From positions 1 through 64,000 of the forward strand of contig JALAGF010005345.1 in assembly GCA_030167865.1 (NCBI GenBank): 64,000 nucleotides of DNA. The letters run 5' to 3'. The stretch comes from Craspedostauros australis. Lineage: Eukaryota. Shown one piece after another: positions 34,658-45,463 of this stretch. The notes beneath the pieces are model-generated. The model was not told the origin of the DNA and ran no database searches. It was given only the letters and a program-made list of their open reading frames with translations. A program made the translations under genes and the position numbers. How positions within the stretch are numbered: the stretch's first letter is position 1; every line of letters begins with the position of its first letter.

Positions 34658-35539
34658 CTATAACATAATGTTGTCGATTAGTCTCACGCTTCCCACTTTG
34701 CATGCAAGCGAGACTATGCCCCCATCATCTGCATTCACCGTCTCCAATGCTCTCATGGTCGACTTGTCGTCCACGGACACGTATTGGACGTCGGAGACCA
34801 ACGGTTCGGACTCAAGCACCGCCTTCACCGCCTGGGCCAATTCTGCACCAGGTATCGCTCCCGCTGTGCTGCCTGCAGCCTCCAGTGCCGTCTTGGCGGC
34901 CAGCAGCGATCGGTGCACGACCGGAGCCGCTTTGCGCTCTTCCGCCGTGAGATACGCGTTGCGACTGGACATTGCCAACCCATCCGCTTCGCGCATCGTA
35001 TCCACCGGGACGATGCTCAGGTCCATGTTTAAATCCTCCACGATCCTCTCGATAAGGCACAGCTGCGCCGCGTCCTTGCGCCCAAAGTACGCCCGGTGCG
35101 GCTTCACGATGTTGAACAGCTTGGTCACGATGGTCGCGACACCACGGAAATGGCCAGGCCGCGATATGCCCTCGGGGATGTCGTCGAACCCTTCCGGATC
35201 GATGTAGCTGATGTGATTCTTGCCGTACATTTCGTCCGCGGTGGGTGCAAAGAGATGCTCCACGCCGCATTGCGTCAGCACGCCGATGTCGCGCTCCAGC
35301 TGCCGCGGGTACTTGTCCAGGTCCTCGCCGACACCGAACTGGGTCGGGTTCACAAAGATGGATGCCACGACGATGTCATTTTCGGCTCTGGCCTGTTTCA
35401 CCAACGACAGGTGGCCATCGTGAAGGGCTCCCATGGTTGGCACGAAGCCTATGGACAGGGTCGGGTCCAGAGCGCGACGGGCCTCGCGGAAGGACTTGAT
35501 GGTGGTGTGCACCACAAGCGGTGCGAGCTTGGTCGCCAT
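34658..35539 (-). CDS. panC: Pantoate--beta-alanine ligase (pantothenate synthetase)
   Basis: Intronless, 293 aa. GFVPTMGALHDGHLSL, SIFVNPTQF, RPGHFRGVATIVTKLFNIV, YFGRKDAAQ, READGLAMSSRN, RLIDN. Confidence 0.97.
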   Translation of the reverse strand: MATKLAPLVVHTTIKSFREARRALDPTLSIGFVPTMGALHDGHLSLVKQARAENDIVVASIFVNPTQFGVGEDLDKYPRQLERDIGVLTQCGVEHLFAPTADEMYGKNHISYIDPEGFDDIPEGISRPGHFRGVATIVTKLFNIVKPHRAYFGRKDAAQLCLIERIVEDLNMDLSIVPVDTMREADGLAMSSRNAYLTAEERKAAPVVHRSLLAAKTALEAAGSTAGAIPGAELAQAVKAVLESEPLVSDVQYVSVDDKSTMRALETVNADDGGIVSLACKVGSVRLIDNIML

Positions 35540-36365
35540 GTTGCTTCCTCTTGCCGTTTGTTGCTTATTGCTTGTTGATTGTTGTCGCCTTCTTTTTGTG
35601 TGCTTGCGTCAACAACAACGGCGTCCAATGAATGCGACCTCTCTTCCGATGGCCAGATCGTGTCACTGGCATGAAAATACCACTGTGCTATTGGCCGATC
35701 GCTCTCGTGGGAGAACCCTCCGAAGCGTCTGTTTGCTTGTTGGTCTTGGCAATGTGATGTGATGTGATGTGGACGTGTTTGGCATCCCAAACACACATGC
35801 GTACCTTGTGTTTGACACCGCGGGATTGAAATCTCTCCTTCACTTTTTTGTGGTTGATGTCACAACGGGAGTACCTCATCGTTGGTACCAAAACATCGAT
35901 GCAGAAAGCCAAACTGTGCGCAAAATCGGGAAAGTCGCGAGAGTCTTCTACTCCACTCTACCTACTCTATTCTGTTGCTAAATGCCAAGAGTTGCACTGT
36001 TGCCACACCACAATGCAAGCGCAAGTCCAAGTGATGTGGTCATTGGCTCTCTAATACATTTATTTCTCGGTTCAAATCATCGCCGTTCCATCCCATCCAA
36101 CCGTGTGGTGGGTGGAGCATCGTGTTATCCATCGTTCTGTCATTTGCGATTGGCGCTCGGCATCAATGCATTCCTCCTGTCTTGTCTTTTGTCTCGTTAT
36201 TTTGTATCGCATCGTTCGTTCGTTCGTTAGTTCGTGCTACTGTCTTTCGTCATGCATTCAGGGGTGTCGTTCAACATCTTCGTCGCAGGCGTCTGGGCTG
36301 CGTCGCATTGTTGTTACGAAAGAGGGGGCCAAAGCTGGTGCGCTCCGCATTGAGTTCGCAGATGT

Positions 36366-37123
36366 TTAGGCGCAGCAGAAGAATCCAGTTCGTGGAAGCT
36401 CTTCGTCTTCGCCGTACATCTGTCGCTTCTTCTCCACGATGTCGTCCTTCATTTCGTCTCCCGATGTTGGTTCGGATCGGACATCATCTTCTCTGCTCTC
36501 CATCACGTCTGACTCGGCAGCGGTTTCCTCGCGGTCCTCCGCTTCTTCTTCGACGGACGCATCGCCTTCATCGCGACTGGCGTCGGCATCTTCTGCTTCA
36601 TCACGGCTTGGCGCGGATGATGGCTCGCCCACTGCGTTGCTCTCCTCTGGTGTTTTATCTTCCGCCTCCTGTGGCTCAACATCGTCGTCGTTCACCTCGT
36701 TGTTGGTGGATGTCTCATCTGTCTGGGGTTGTTCCTCAGTCGATGGTGCAGCATTGACAGGCTCCGTCTGCTTCGGGGTTGCAACGACCGGCCGCTCCTC
36801 CTCCGCGGTCAATGGATCTGGCCTCGGTTCCGCTGGAGAGGGTGGGGCTTGGATCTTGGGGATGGCGCTTGCCTTCGTCTCTGGAGATCCTTTGCGGGAC
36901 ATGCGCATGCGCATCTTCTTCATGAATCTGTCATCGCGCAGAGTAGATTGAAGTCCATGTTGCGGTGTGGTGGCAATGGAGACGAAAATGGAAACGAAAT
37001 CACTCAACACGAACGATGGTGTGAGCTTGAGAACTCCATCGCATACGAGTAGAGTACATCAACTGCCCACAGGCTTGCATCAAGAATCATGCTCATCGCA
37101 CATAAAACTTACTTCTTGACCAT
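36366..37123 (-). CDS. Small acidic disordered protein with a basic N-terminus and C-terminal -FFCCA (putative lipidation)
   Basis: Predicted 11-nt first coding exon 37123-37113 (ATG GTC AAG AA|gtaagt) spliced to 36927-36366 (gacag|a), giving MVKKFMKKMRMRMSRKGS...E/D-rich...RTGFFCCA*. Confidence 0.7.
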
Positions 37124-37849
37124 CTTGAGATATCAGGTGTTGGTGTCTGTTTCGATTGGTGTGTTGATTGTGAGCGTAATTGCAGTTGGCCTCGCCGCTT
37201 GTGATTTTGTGAAGTAGTGAAGTTGTTTGGCGTCGGATTTGACCGTGTGGATGAGTGCGAGTTTTGTGTTGGTGCGACGTTCTCTTTTCTGCGGCGGCGG
37301 AGTGTTGGCGATTGTCCTGAAGTGTTTACAATGTGTGCGGCAATGTTTATATTCAATCTTGAATATTTATATAAAGCTGGCGAGCATATCTTCGCATTCC
37401 ATTTATGATTCTGCTATCGCGGACTGATGGATGGCGCGGGTGAGACATGAAAACGTGTTCTTTGTCGGCGTGACACACGTAATTCACCTCACATTTTCAG
37501 ACTTCCGCAGTTGCCCCGAAATTCAGGGACAACGGGTCGGGCGTATCCAACCGCGAAACGAAACAGGAAGTTTGCAACAGTCTAGCAGAACACGTACGTT
37601 AGAGACAGTAGTATTGTCAACAGCATGCCGTTGGTCTCCTAAATCTGTACTGCTCTACTATACTTTACCCCAGAATCAGCATGAGTCATTAGCGTTCTCT
37701 CTCTTTCTCTAGAGATTACTCCACTCTCGTTGATCTGGGCTCTTATGCTCTCATATACTCTAATAGAAGTACTCGTCGTCTGTTCCACTCTATTATCATT
37801 GCACGTAACCCCATCTGTTTGTGTGGAGATTTGCGTTGTGCTGTGGGTT

Positions 37850-37874
37850 GATGTGATGTGATGTGATGTGATGT
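37850..37874. repeat. (GATGT)5 pentanucleotide repeat just 3' of the Bub1 stop; a similar tract lies at ~35752-35771
   Basis: Seen directly. Confidence 0.9.
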
Positions 37875-37888
37875 GCGCGGGAGTTGCC

Positions 37889-40800
37889 CTAGCAACCGAG
37901 TTGGGCCCTGCTCGAAGGCAACAGGTTGGACTGTCGGCTCATGTCCATCCGGAGCTGACTTGTTTTCGTGACGAGGTAGTCGTCAATCTTTTGCTGGAGC
38001 TGCTGCAAGTTGCGCGCCCTGGATCCCATCGCCATGCCTGTGTGCACATCGGTTTGAAGTAGGGAGGAGAAGATTGCATTCCAAAGACCTGTCTGCCAGT
38101 ATCGACGGAACTTGGATGCGAGCCGCCATGTTCCATCGGCTGCCTGCTTCACGTCCATGTATTCTCCAAACAACATGACGTGGAGACAGCACAGAATCCC
38201 GTACGTGTCGGCATCAAACGACCAAGCTGTGTCGAGCTTCATCGCAACGCATGACAATGCTTTGTCGGATGGATGTCCCGTGAGCTTGGCCTCCATGGGA
38301 TGATCGGACGACAACTCCGTCAGATCAATGGCTGAGCCAAAGTCGACGAGCCCCAGATCTCCATTGTCGATGCCGAAGCAAAATGTGCCCTTGTCGTCCG
38401 ACGAGCAAAGCACAAAGTTGTCGGGTTTGATGTCACAGTGCTGCGTTGTCGGCCGTATCGATCATAAGGAACAAACCGGGGGTAAGAGGGAACAAGGTTA
38501 GGATATGCAGCCAATGCGCCAATCCCAACATTGAAGTTATCACCAACAGTCACGATGACAACAACCACCACATCTGCAACGATACCGCCATCTCCTGCTC
38601 ATCCATCCGCACGTTGACTTACCAGGACCTTGCCACACCAATGGAGCTTGCGCACGATGTTCAGCATCCTTGATGCGTAGAACAGAACAATCAACTCTGG
38701 CACGGGCTTCGCGAGTTTTATGCGGTAGACGTTCGCAAGATCCAGCAAGTTCAATCCGCAATGTGAAATCGGCGTCATTCCCAGCAGCCCACCGTCAGCG
38801 AGCGATAGGAAGGACAATGCGAGTGGGAAGGGATAGAAACCATCTCGCGGTGCCGCATCCGACGTTGGATGAAGACGCTGGTGCAGCCGCCGCAGCACTT
38901 CGCACTCCCATGGGAGCGAACTCTTCGGGAGCTGTGCCTTCACAGCAATCGGCTGTGCGTCTCCAGACTTGCCCGCGTCCATCAACGACACGACTCCAAA
39001 AGATCCTCGGCCGAGCTCTCGCAGGATCGTTCCTTTGTTCTTTCCGATGCAAACCTGAACCTTCCCAGTATTCTTACTTCTGAATGCACGGGGCACAACC
39101 TCGTGCGGCAAATCGTAAGCAACGCCTTCATGCGAAAGCAGCATGCCCAACGAAACAGCCGCCCCACTTGCGATAGATGCCCGCGATCGCATCTTGCGTT
39201 GCCCCAGCCGGATACACGATTGGTGGGCGTCGTCATATGCGACGGTGGCGGACGCACCTGGTTGCGCATGGTGCTGCTCTCCTGCTTCGGTTGTAGTGAG
39301 AACGGATCCACTGGGGATAGCTTTTGCTTCAGATGGTTCTCGAGCCTGTTTGGAGTCACCGCAGTTGCAAAACGATGTCCATTATGACGGCACGAGATAT
39401 GATGTACGTATAACGATGGAATGTGTCGCATGATGTACCAAGGCACGATGGCACCGAGGATGATATGTAGTGGATGTGAAAAGAAGCAAGAGGCAAGCGC
39501 AGAAACAAGAACGGCAACGGAGACAGAAGGGTCAGATCTCGGTGGCATAGAGTAGCGCAGCGTAGCGCAGTTGCGCAACACAAGCCAACATTCTGCATCG
39601 CGTCTTGCGCTTTTCACTCCAACCGGTACTGCCATCATTGTTGTCACCATCCATGCAAACGCCATGGATTCACACAGTGAGAAACGAACAAATCACATAT
39701 TTCGTTGTTTCGGTTCCTGCTTCTGTTGTGGGATGCTGATGGTGGTGTTGCTGCCTGATAGCGGCGCTTCGTCTACATGCTTACTTTGTCTGGGTTATCG
39801 CCTTCACCATCCATGAAGATAGAAAATCCTCCTTGGGGCTGCGCGCTCGGCTTGGCCTTCTCTTCACCTCCACCCAAGGTATCCATGAAGTCGCCCATGA
39901 GGGACAGGGTCGCAGTCTCGTCGTCATTTTGTTGCGAGAGTGGTGCGTCTTGTCGCTGGAGCTGCGCATCCGCATCATCTCGCCCTCCAACACAGCCGTC
40001 ATCAGCAAAGATCTGGAACCCCATCGATTTCTTTGGGACCGAACTTGGTCCATCCTGGCGAGAGTTTTTCTGAGCCGTTTCTTCCGCATCGCCATGAACA
40101 TCGGCCTCGTTGAAGATGGTGAATCCGGCGCTTTGCATCGGTGGGTTCGACTGGATTGCATCATCGCTCGTGTTGTCGCTGTTGTCTTGAAAGATGGCAA
40201 ACTCACCACTTGGGGCAGGGGCGCGGCCAGTTGGATTGGATGGCAGTTGCTCCCGTGCGCGCAAGCTGCCGAAGGCAGTGGGACGGAGTCCCACCTGGTC
40301 TGATGAAGAGTCATGCGACGGGGCGTGGTCTGATGGCGGCCCATCGTTGGAGATCATGATGGAGTTATCCAAGTGCATCTGTCCCACCATGGCTCCAATG
40401 TCGTACGAGGTGTTTGCGTCGGATTCTATCGGAAGGTTCACGATTGATCCATTCATGTTGGCGCCTTGCCTCTGACCGACCCCGTTGCCCATGCCCGTAT
40501 CTGCCGGGCTTGAGAACATCATACTCAACTCCTTCATGGCGAATTTCGTGTTGATAGTTTCTTCCTCACGGGCTGTCGGCAAACCCACAGCGTGGGCTGC
40601 GTCTACCGTCGAGCTGGCGGTGGATATGTGACTCTGATTGAGGATCGTCGTCATGACCTGGGGATTGAAGCGAACCTCTGGCAACCTCTCATCTCTGGTA
40701 GCGGATGCGCCCGCATCTTCGTCCATCGCTATTGGGATGGTGGCATCACCACCACGGCTTCTACCACCGTTGCGACCGAGCACGTTCGGCTCACACTCGT

Positions 40801-42682
40801 CGTCAGTGTCATCGATGTCCATTTGCGATGACATGCTCTGGTTGGCGAAGGAAGCATTCGTATGGTTTCCAACACCCATTCGCGCAGGGACTTGTGCCAA
40901 CAGATTGAAGTCATTTCCGGAATCTGCGAGCCTGTAACGACCTTGATGGAGCCTTGCCTCCTCGAAGCACTGTTCTCTCCCACTCGCATCTTTCAGCAGC
41001 TTCGAGTTGAAGCCTGCCTGTCCTCGCTCACCCGACTTCGGAGAGCCCTGCGTTCTACTCTTCGTTTTTGAAGAATGGCTGCTGGTTTGGGATGCCGCTG
41101 CATTGGCCATGTCGCCCTCGAGCTTGGATGGGTTTCTCATGTACCGCAATGGATCTTTCACGAGCTTCTCAGCCTGTATGGGTGTCATGAACATACGAAC
41201 AACCGAAGGGAGAGAGACGGAGGGTGGGTGGAATCCAATCAAGCACATCAACGTGGAAATGAACAGAGCGAAGTCGAGAGGAGTAGAGCATTTGCATTCA
41301 GGCGGAGAGATTGTGGGTGTGAGCATTACGCATGGATATCGGTGCATTGCGCATCGCTCGTCACCCATGACAAGCACATACTTCCATCATGCGCAATCTG
41401 CCCATGGTATGGTATCAACGGAGAGCATGCATACACAAGTAAAACGAGTTCATCTGGACAAGGTGAATAATTGCGTGAAAGCACGTACCATTCCATCGTC
41501 GCGGCGTTCGCGGAACATGCGTTCATCGCGCACCTGTCGCTGCTGATCCTGAAGATTTGCCCGCCTCTGTTCTTGCTCCTCGTTTTGCACAGCGCATTCC
41601 TCATCTACGAAGACAGCAAACGCTCCCATTGGCTGGGGACGGGATGATGCCAGTGCTTGGGCTGCTCCCATCGCTGTGCCTCCTCCAAGTCCGCCGCGTT
41701 GATTCCACCTTTCCGCCTCCAGAGTGTTCTCCTTTCGTCGGTCTGCTTCCGTTTCCAACACACGGTCGGTCGGTTCGAGAACGCTCTGATCCAAGTTGTA
41801 GCCACCACCGCCGTTTCCAGCTTCACCGTTCCCATCCTCCACGAAGATTGGAAAGGCATCCTGGGTGGCGTTCGTGTTGGCAATACTTTGCATGTTCTCT
41901 CTGTCACCAACATATCCTGACGCAGCGGCATGACCATGATGTACACGTCGCGATCTTCCAAGCGACGAGGATGTGAAGCTGCGTGCGTTGCTCTGAACGT
42001 GATCGCGAGTGAGACCGCCGAGCGTGCGACGGCTACCTTGGGCGTGGCTCTGCGCTTCTTCTTCATCCAACGCATCGTTCTGCTGCGACGAATTGAGCCA
42101 GTACCGGCTCATGCGTCTTTGGAATTGCATGTGGCGCGTTTTGAGCGTCTCGACGGGCAGGGCATTCTTCCGGATACCCTTCTTGAAGATCTGCTCTGCA
42201 AAAGGGAAGTCGTTGCCCTTCTCAGCGACGTACGCCCAAGCGATCCAGAACAGCGCTCGTTCCTGCCCGATCTTCTTCTGGTGCAAATGCTTGAACACGG
42301 CGTTGGGATCTTGAGATCGATCAGCGTACTTGGCACATATGCCAACGAATCTATCATCGTTGGCGTACTGCCGCAGCTCGATGACTGCGCGGGTGCATCT
42401 CTCCAACAGTAAGAATTGCTCGTGCGTGTTGGATGGGAAGGCATCCTGGAAGAAACGGATGTAACCCAACCAATGCACGAGGACGTCATCGTCCTTCTGA
42501 CCTCGAGCCGCTGCATGCGGATCTTCGGAGGGACGCACCAGCTTCTCGTAGTGCTTGATCATCTTTTCCACGTTCTTGGCCTTCGGTTGCAGCTTGAGCC
42601 CCTTCTCCAACCTCTTCACATTGCGCCCGCGTTGAAGTGGGGCTGCATTCTCCTTGCACTGCTCCCATGTTGGGGCGTTCAT
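37889..42682 (-). CDS. BUB1: Spindle checkpoint kinase MadBub (Bub1/BubR1-Mad3 family)
   Basis: Exons 42682-41489, 41173-39785, 39345-38623, 38440-37889. N-terminal WEQCKENAAPLQRGR plus TPR (YANDDRF, LFWIAWA); GLEBS-like EQCFEEAR; CDI-like TINTKFAMKELSMMFSSP; kinase LGRGSFG, IAVK, HCDIKPDN, LVDFGSAID, FRRYWQ. Confidence 0.93.
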
Positions 42683-43754
42683 GCTTCCCTGTGCTTAAAT
42701 GCAAACACAAGCGTTGGTTAGTGTGGCATGCAGTTGGGAATGGATCAGTTGCGAGCTGCTTGGCACGGGAACGTATCGTTGCTGTCAGCGTTGCCTTCTG
42801 ATTCTGTCCGTGTGGATGGTTGTGGATGAAGCCAGGAATATTGGGGGTGCACGATGTCAACTGTCAAATGTTCCGCTGTTGCACTCGTGTGGTATCTTCT
42901 GGGTGATGCGGTCGAAAGGTAGCAGAGCAAATTCCTCTGCTCCTGGGTTGGTTTGATGTCATTGAGAATCAGCTGGCAGAAGCACCAGTGATAGCATCAG
43001 CAGTTGTTGGAAGGATGGTGACAACAGCACTCTCCGATGACGCCATGAGGATGTTGCGTTGTGTTTTGGTTGGGTGCGATGTGCCAAAATGTTGGCGAAC
43101 GCAGGGTTTCAAATTTTTGAAATTTGTCGCACATAGCGTCTGCCTTGAACTTCGTAACGGCTCTTTCGTGACGAGCACCAAGCACTCTCCTAGATTCAAG
43201 CCAATAGCTAGCTTCAACAACAGCCTTACCATCGCTTAAATTTGTGAGGCCAAGAGGCCAAACAGGCATCTTTGCATGGTGCTCGTAGAGTATGGTACCA
43301 TGCTCTCTCTCTCTCTGGAGGGCTCCACTCCGCTCTACTCTGTTCTATTCCATGATAGATCGGACCATGCTGTGCTGATACAAGGGTTCCGCATACTTGT
43401 TACTATTATCGCCTTTGGGTCTGTTCTCGGGCGATACCATACAATGGCACCAAGTACCATCGGTTGCTGCAGATTCAGCTTCTGTCTTAAACAAAGCAGG
43501 CGATTAAGCACGAAAGATGGCGCTGCGCTCGTGTATACACGGAGTTCCTTTACTTGCTTAATAGTTGCTTGCTTGCGTGTTCGTTGGTTTGTTGTTGTTG
43601 CCGATGCTCGATCGCTTTCGCTGTTCATCGTCATCGTCGTCGCCATTATCATTGGAAGCCTTGTTGCGACTGGTTGTGTTGGGGTACGTCGCAATCCACT
43701 CGCACCTGCCTTGCAAGCTTGAGGCGCGGAAAAGCTGGAAGCCAAAGACCCGAT

Positions 43755-45463
43755 TTACCTGCCCCCTCCCCGTCCTGGGGTGCCCGGTCGGCCACCACCA
43801 TGCGCGGCATTTCGTTGCTGGGCGGAGCTGGCCGGTTTCAGGATCTGGAACGAACACATGAGAGTGTCATCAACCGTCATCATTGCGCCTGCATTGTCGA
43901 ATTCGCCACAGTAGTTTGGCGCGGAGAACACCGTGACGAGCTCCCGACCAGCAAAGAACTCGTATCCGTCTTCCACAACTTGGTGGGCCCGCACAACCAA
44001 GTCCAAATCATGACGGCGGAGGAATTGCCGAACGACATCGCCTCCGAAAGTGAACGACACACCGCGATCGTTATCACCCCAGCCCTGTTGTTTGAGATGA
44101 GATCATGTTTGTATTGCGTTGCGTCGCATAGAGTTGCATGATGTCGCAATGTACGTATGACCAACAGTAGGATTGCGAATGTGTCAGCGACAGTGCCATG
44201 ATTGCAATTCACGCAAGGTGTCGCAACGGGTTGAAGGACGAAAGAGAAAATGAAACAGTAGAAAAGACAAAACAAAGTTAGCGCACTGAAGGCGATCATG
44301 CAAAGCCTAGGAGGCGTGGCGACAAGTAGCACAGACGTGGCAGCAAGGTTGTTCGTACGACAAGAGAACGTACCGTTACGGTTTGATCTGGATCGGCCCA
44401 GAGGATGTCGCACAGCAGACCTGTGTCAGGGACGTCACATGGTCGTGGGATGTTAGCGATCTGTTCCATCTGGGAGAGCTCCGGTGACAAGCCGCCGTGC
44501 ATGCAAATGATCTTGTCATCGATGACGGCGCAGCACGGAAGGCAGTTGAAGGTATTGCAAAATTGTTTCCACATCTTGACGGAGAAGCGACGGCGACACT
44601 CATCGTAGAATCCATAAATTCTGTTGATACCGGCGCACTCGTGGTTCCCTCTCAGGAGGAAGAAGTTTTCCGGGTACTTGATTTTGTATGCGAAGAGGAG
44701 GCAGACGACCTCCAAGGATTGCTTGCCACGGTCGACGTAGTCACCGAGGAAGAGGTAGTTGGCCTGTTGTGCATGAATGGACGACCATGATTGCAAGCAT
44801 GATGATGGCAGCGGCGGCAACGACGATTCGTTGGAAAGCAGAATGTGTGAGAATGAGAATGAGAGCGATCGCGATGTTGTGATGCGCTGACGGCCCTTTC
44901 CTTGCAGATATGGGCTTCATGTCGTTTTGTGCAAACGCACAGCATACAGTGCGGTCCCATCTTTGTGTGTTGTTGTTTGGCATGATCTGTGCCGTGCTGC
45001 AGCTCGAGCGCACTCTTGTGTTGCCTCTCATCTGGCGTTGTGGAGATGACATTATGTTGCATGTTCTGTGCTGAAGAAGCTCATCCAATGTGAAGTGTGT
45101 GGATGGTTGTGGCGCCTGGTTTGCAAGCCACGTTCAGGGGTAACCTCGAGCATGCTGGCCTTGCATGAACACACAAGGCAAGCAAAGCACCGTGATTTGA
45201 TTTGGACTTACCTCCGGTGGGAATCCTCCGTACTCGAAGAGACGCAGGACGTCGCTGTACTGGCCGTGCACATCACCGCAGATCTTGAGTGGCGCACCCA
45301 GCTCGAGAAGCATCGGCTGCGCCATGAAGACCTCCCTTGCCTGGTTACACAGAGTTGTGGCATCCTGAGCCGAAATGTCGACGGGTGTTCCTGGCTTTTT
45401 GTTTCGACATTGCAAGAGCAAGTCGATCATACCATCAATCCAGCTCTCATCGTGGCCTGACAT
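43755..45463 (-). CDS. PP1: Serine/threonine protein phosphatase PP1 catalytic subunit
   Basis: Exons 45463-45212, 44763-44374, 44084-43755. [67 protein letters not shown]. Confidence 0.97.

Noticed and set aside
29926..35539. ilvA-panC metabolic gene cluster
   Set aside because: The genes are on opposite strands with an unrelated gene between them and only an indirect pathway link; there is no evidence beyond proximity.
34658..35539. Bacterial contamination or recent HGT of the intronless panC
   Set aside because: It has no operon context, its flanks and composition match the neighbouring eukaryotic genes, and other clearly eukaryotic genes here are also intronless. A phylogeny would be needed to say more.
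36060..36090. tRNA T-loop-like 'ggttcaaatc'
   Set aside because: The flanks cannot form a T-stem or acceptor stem; no cloverleaf.
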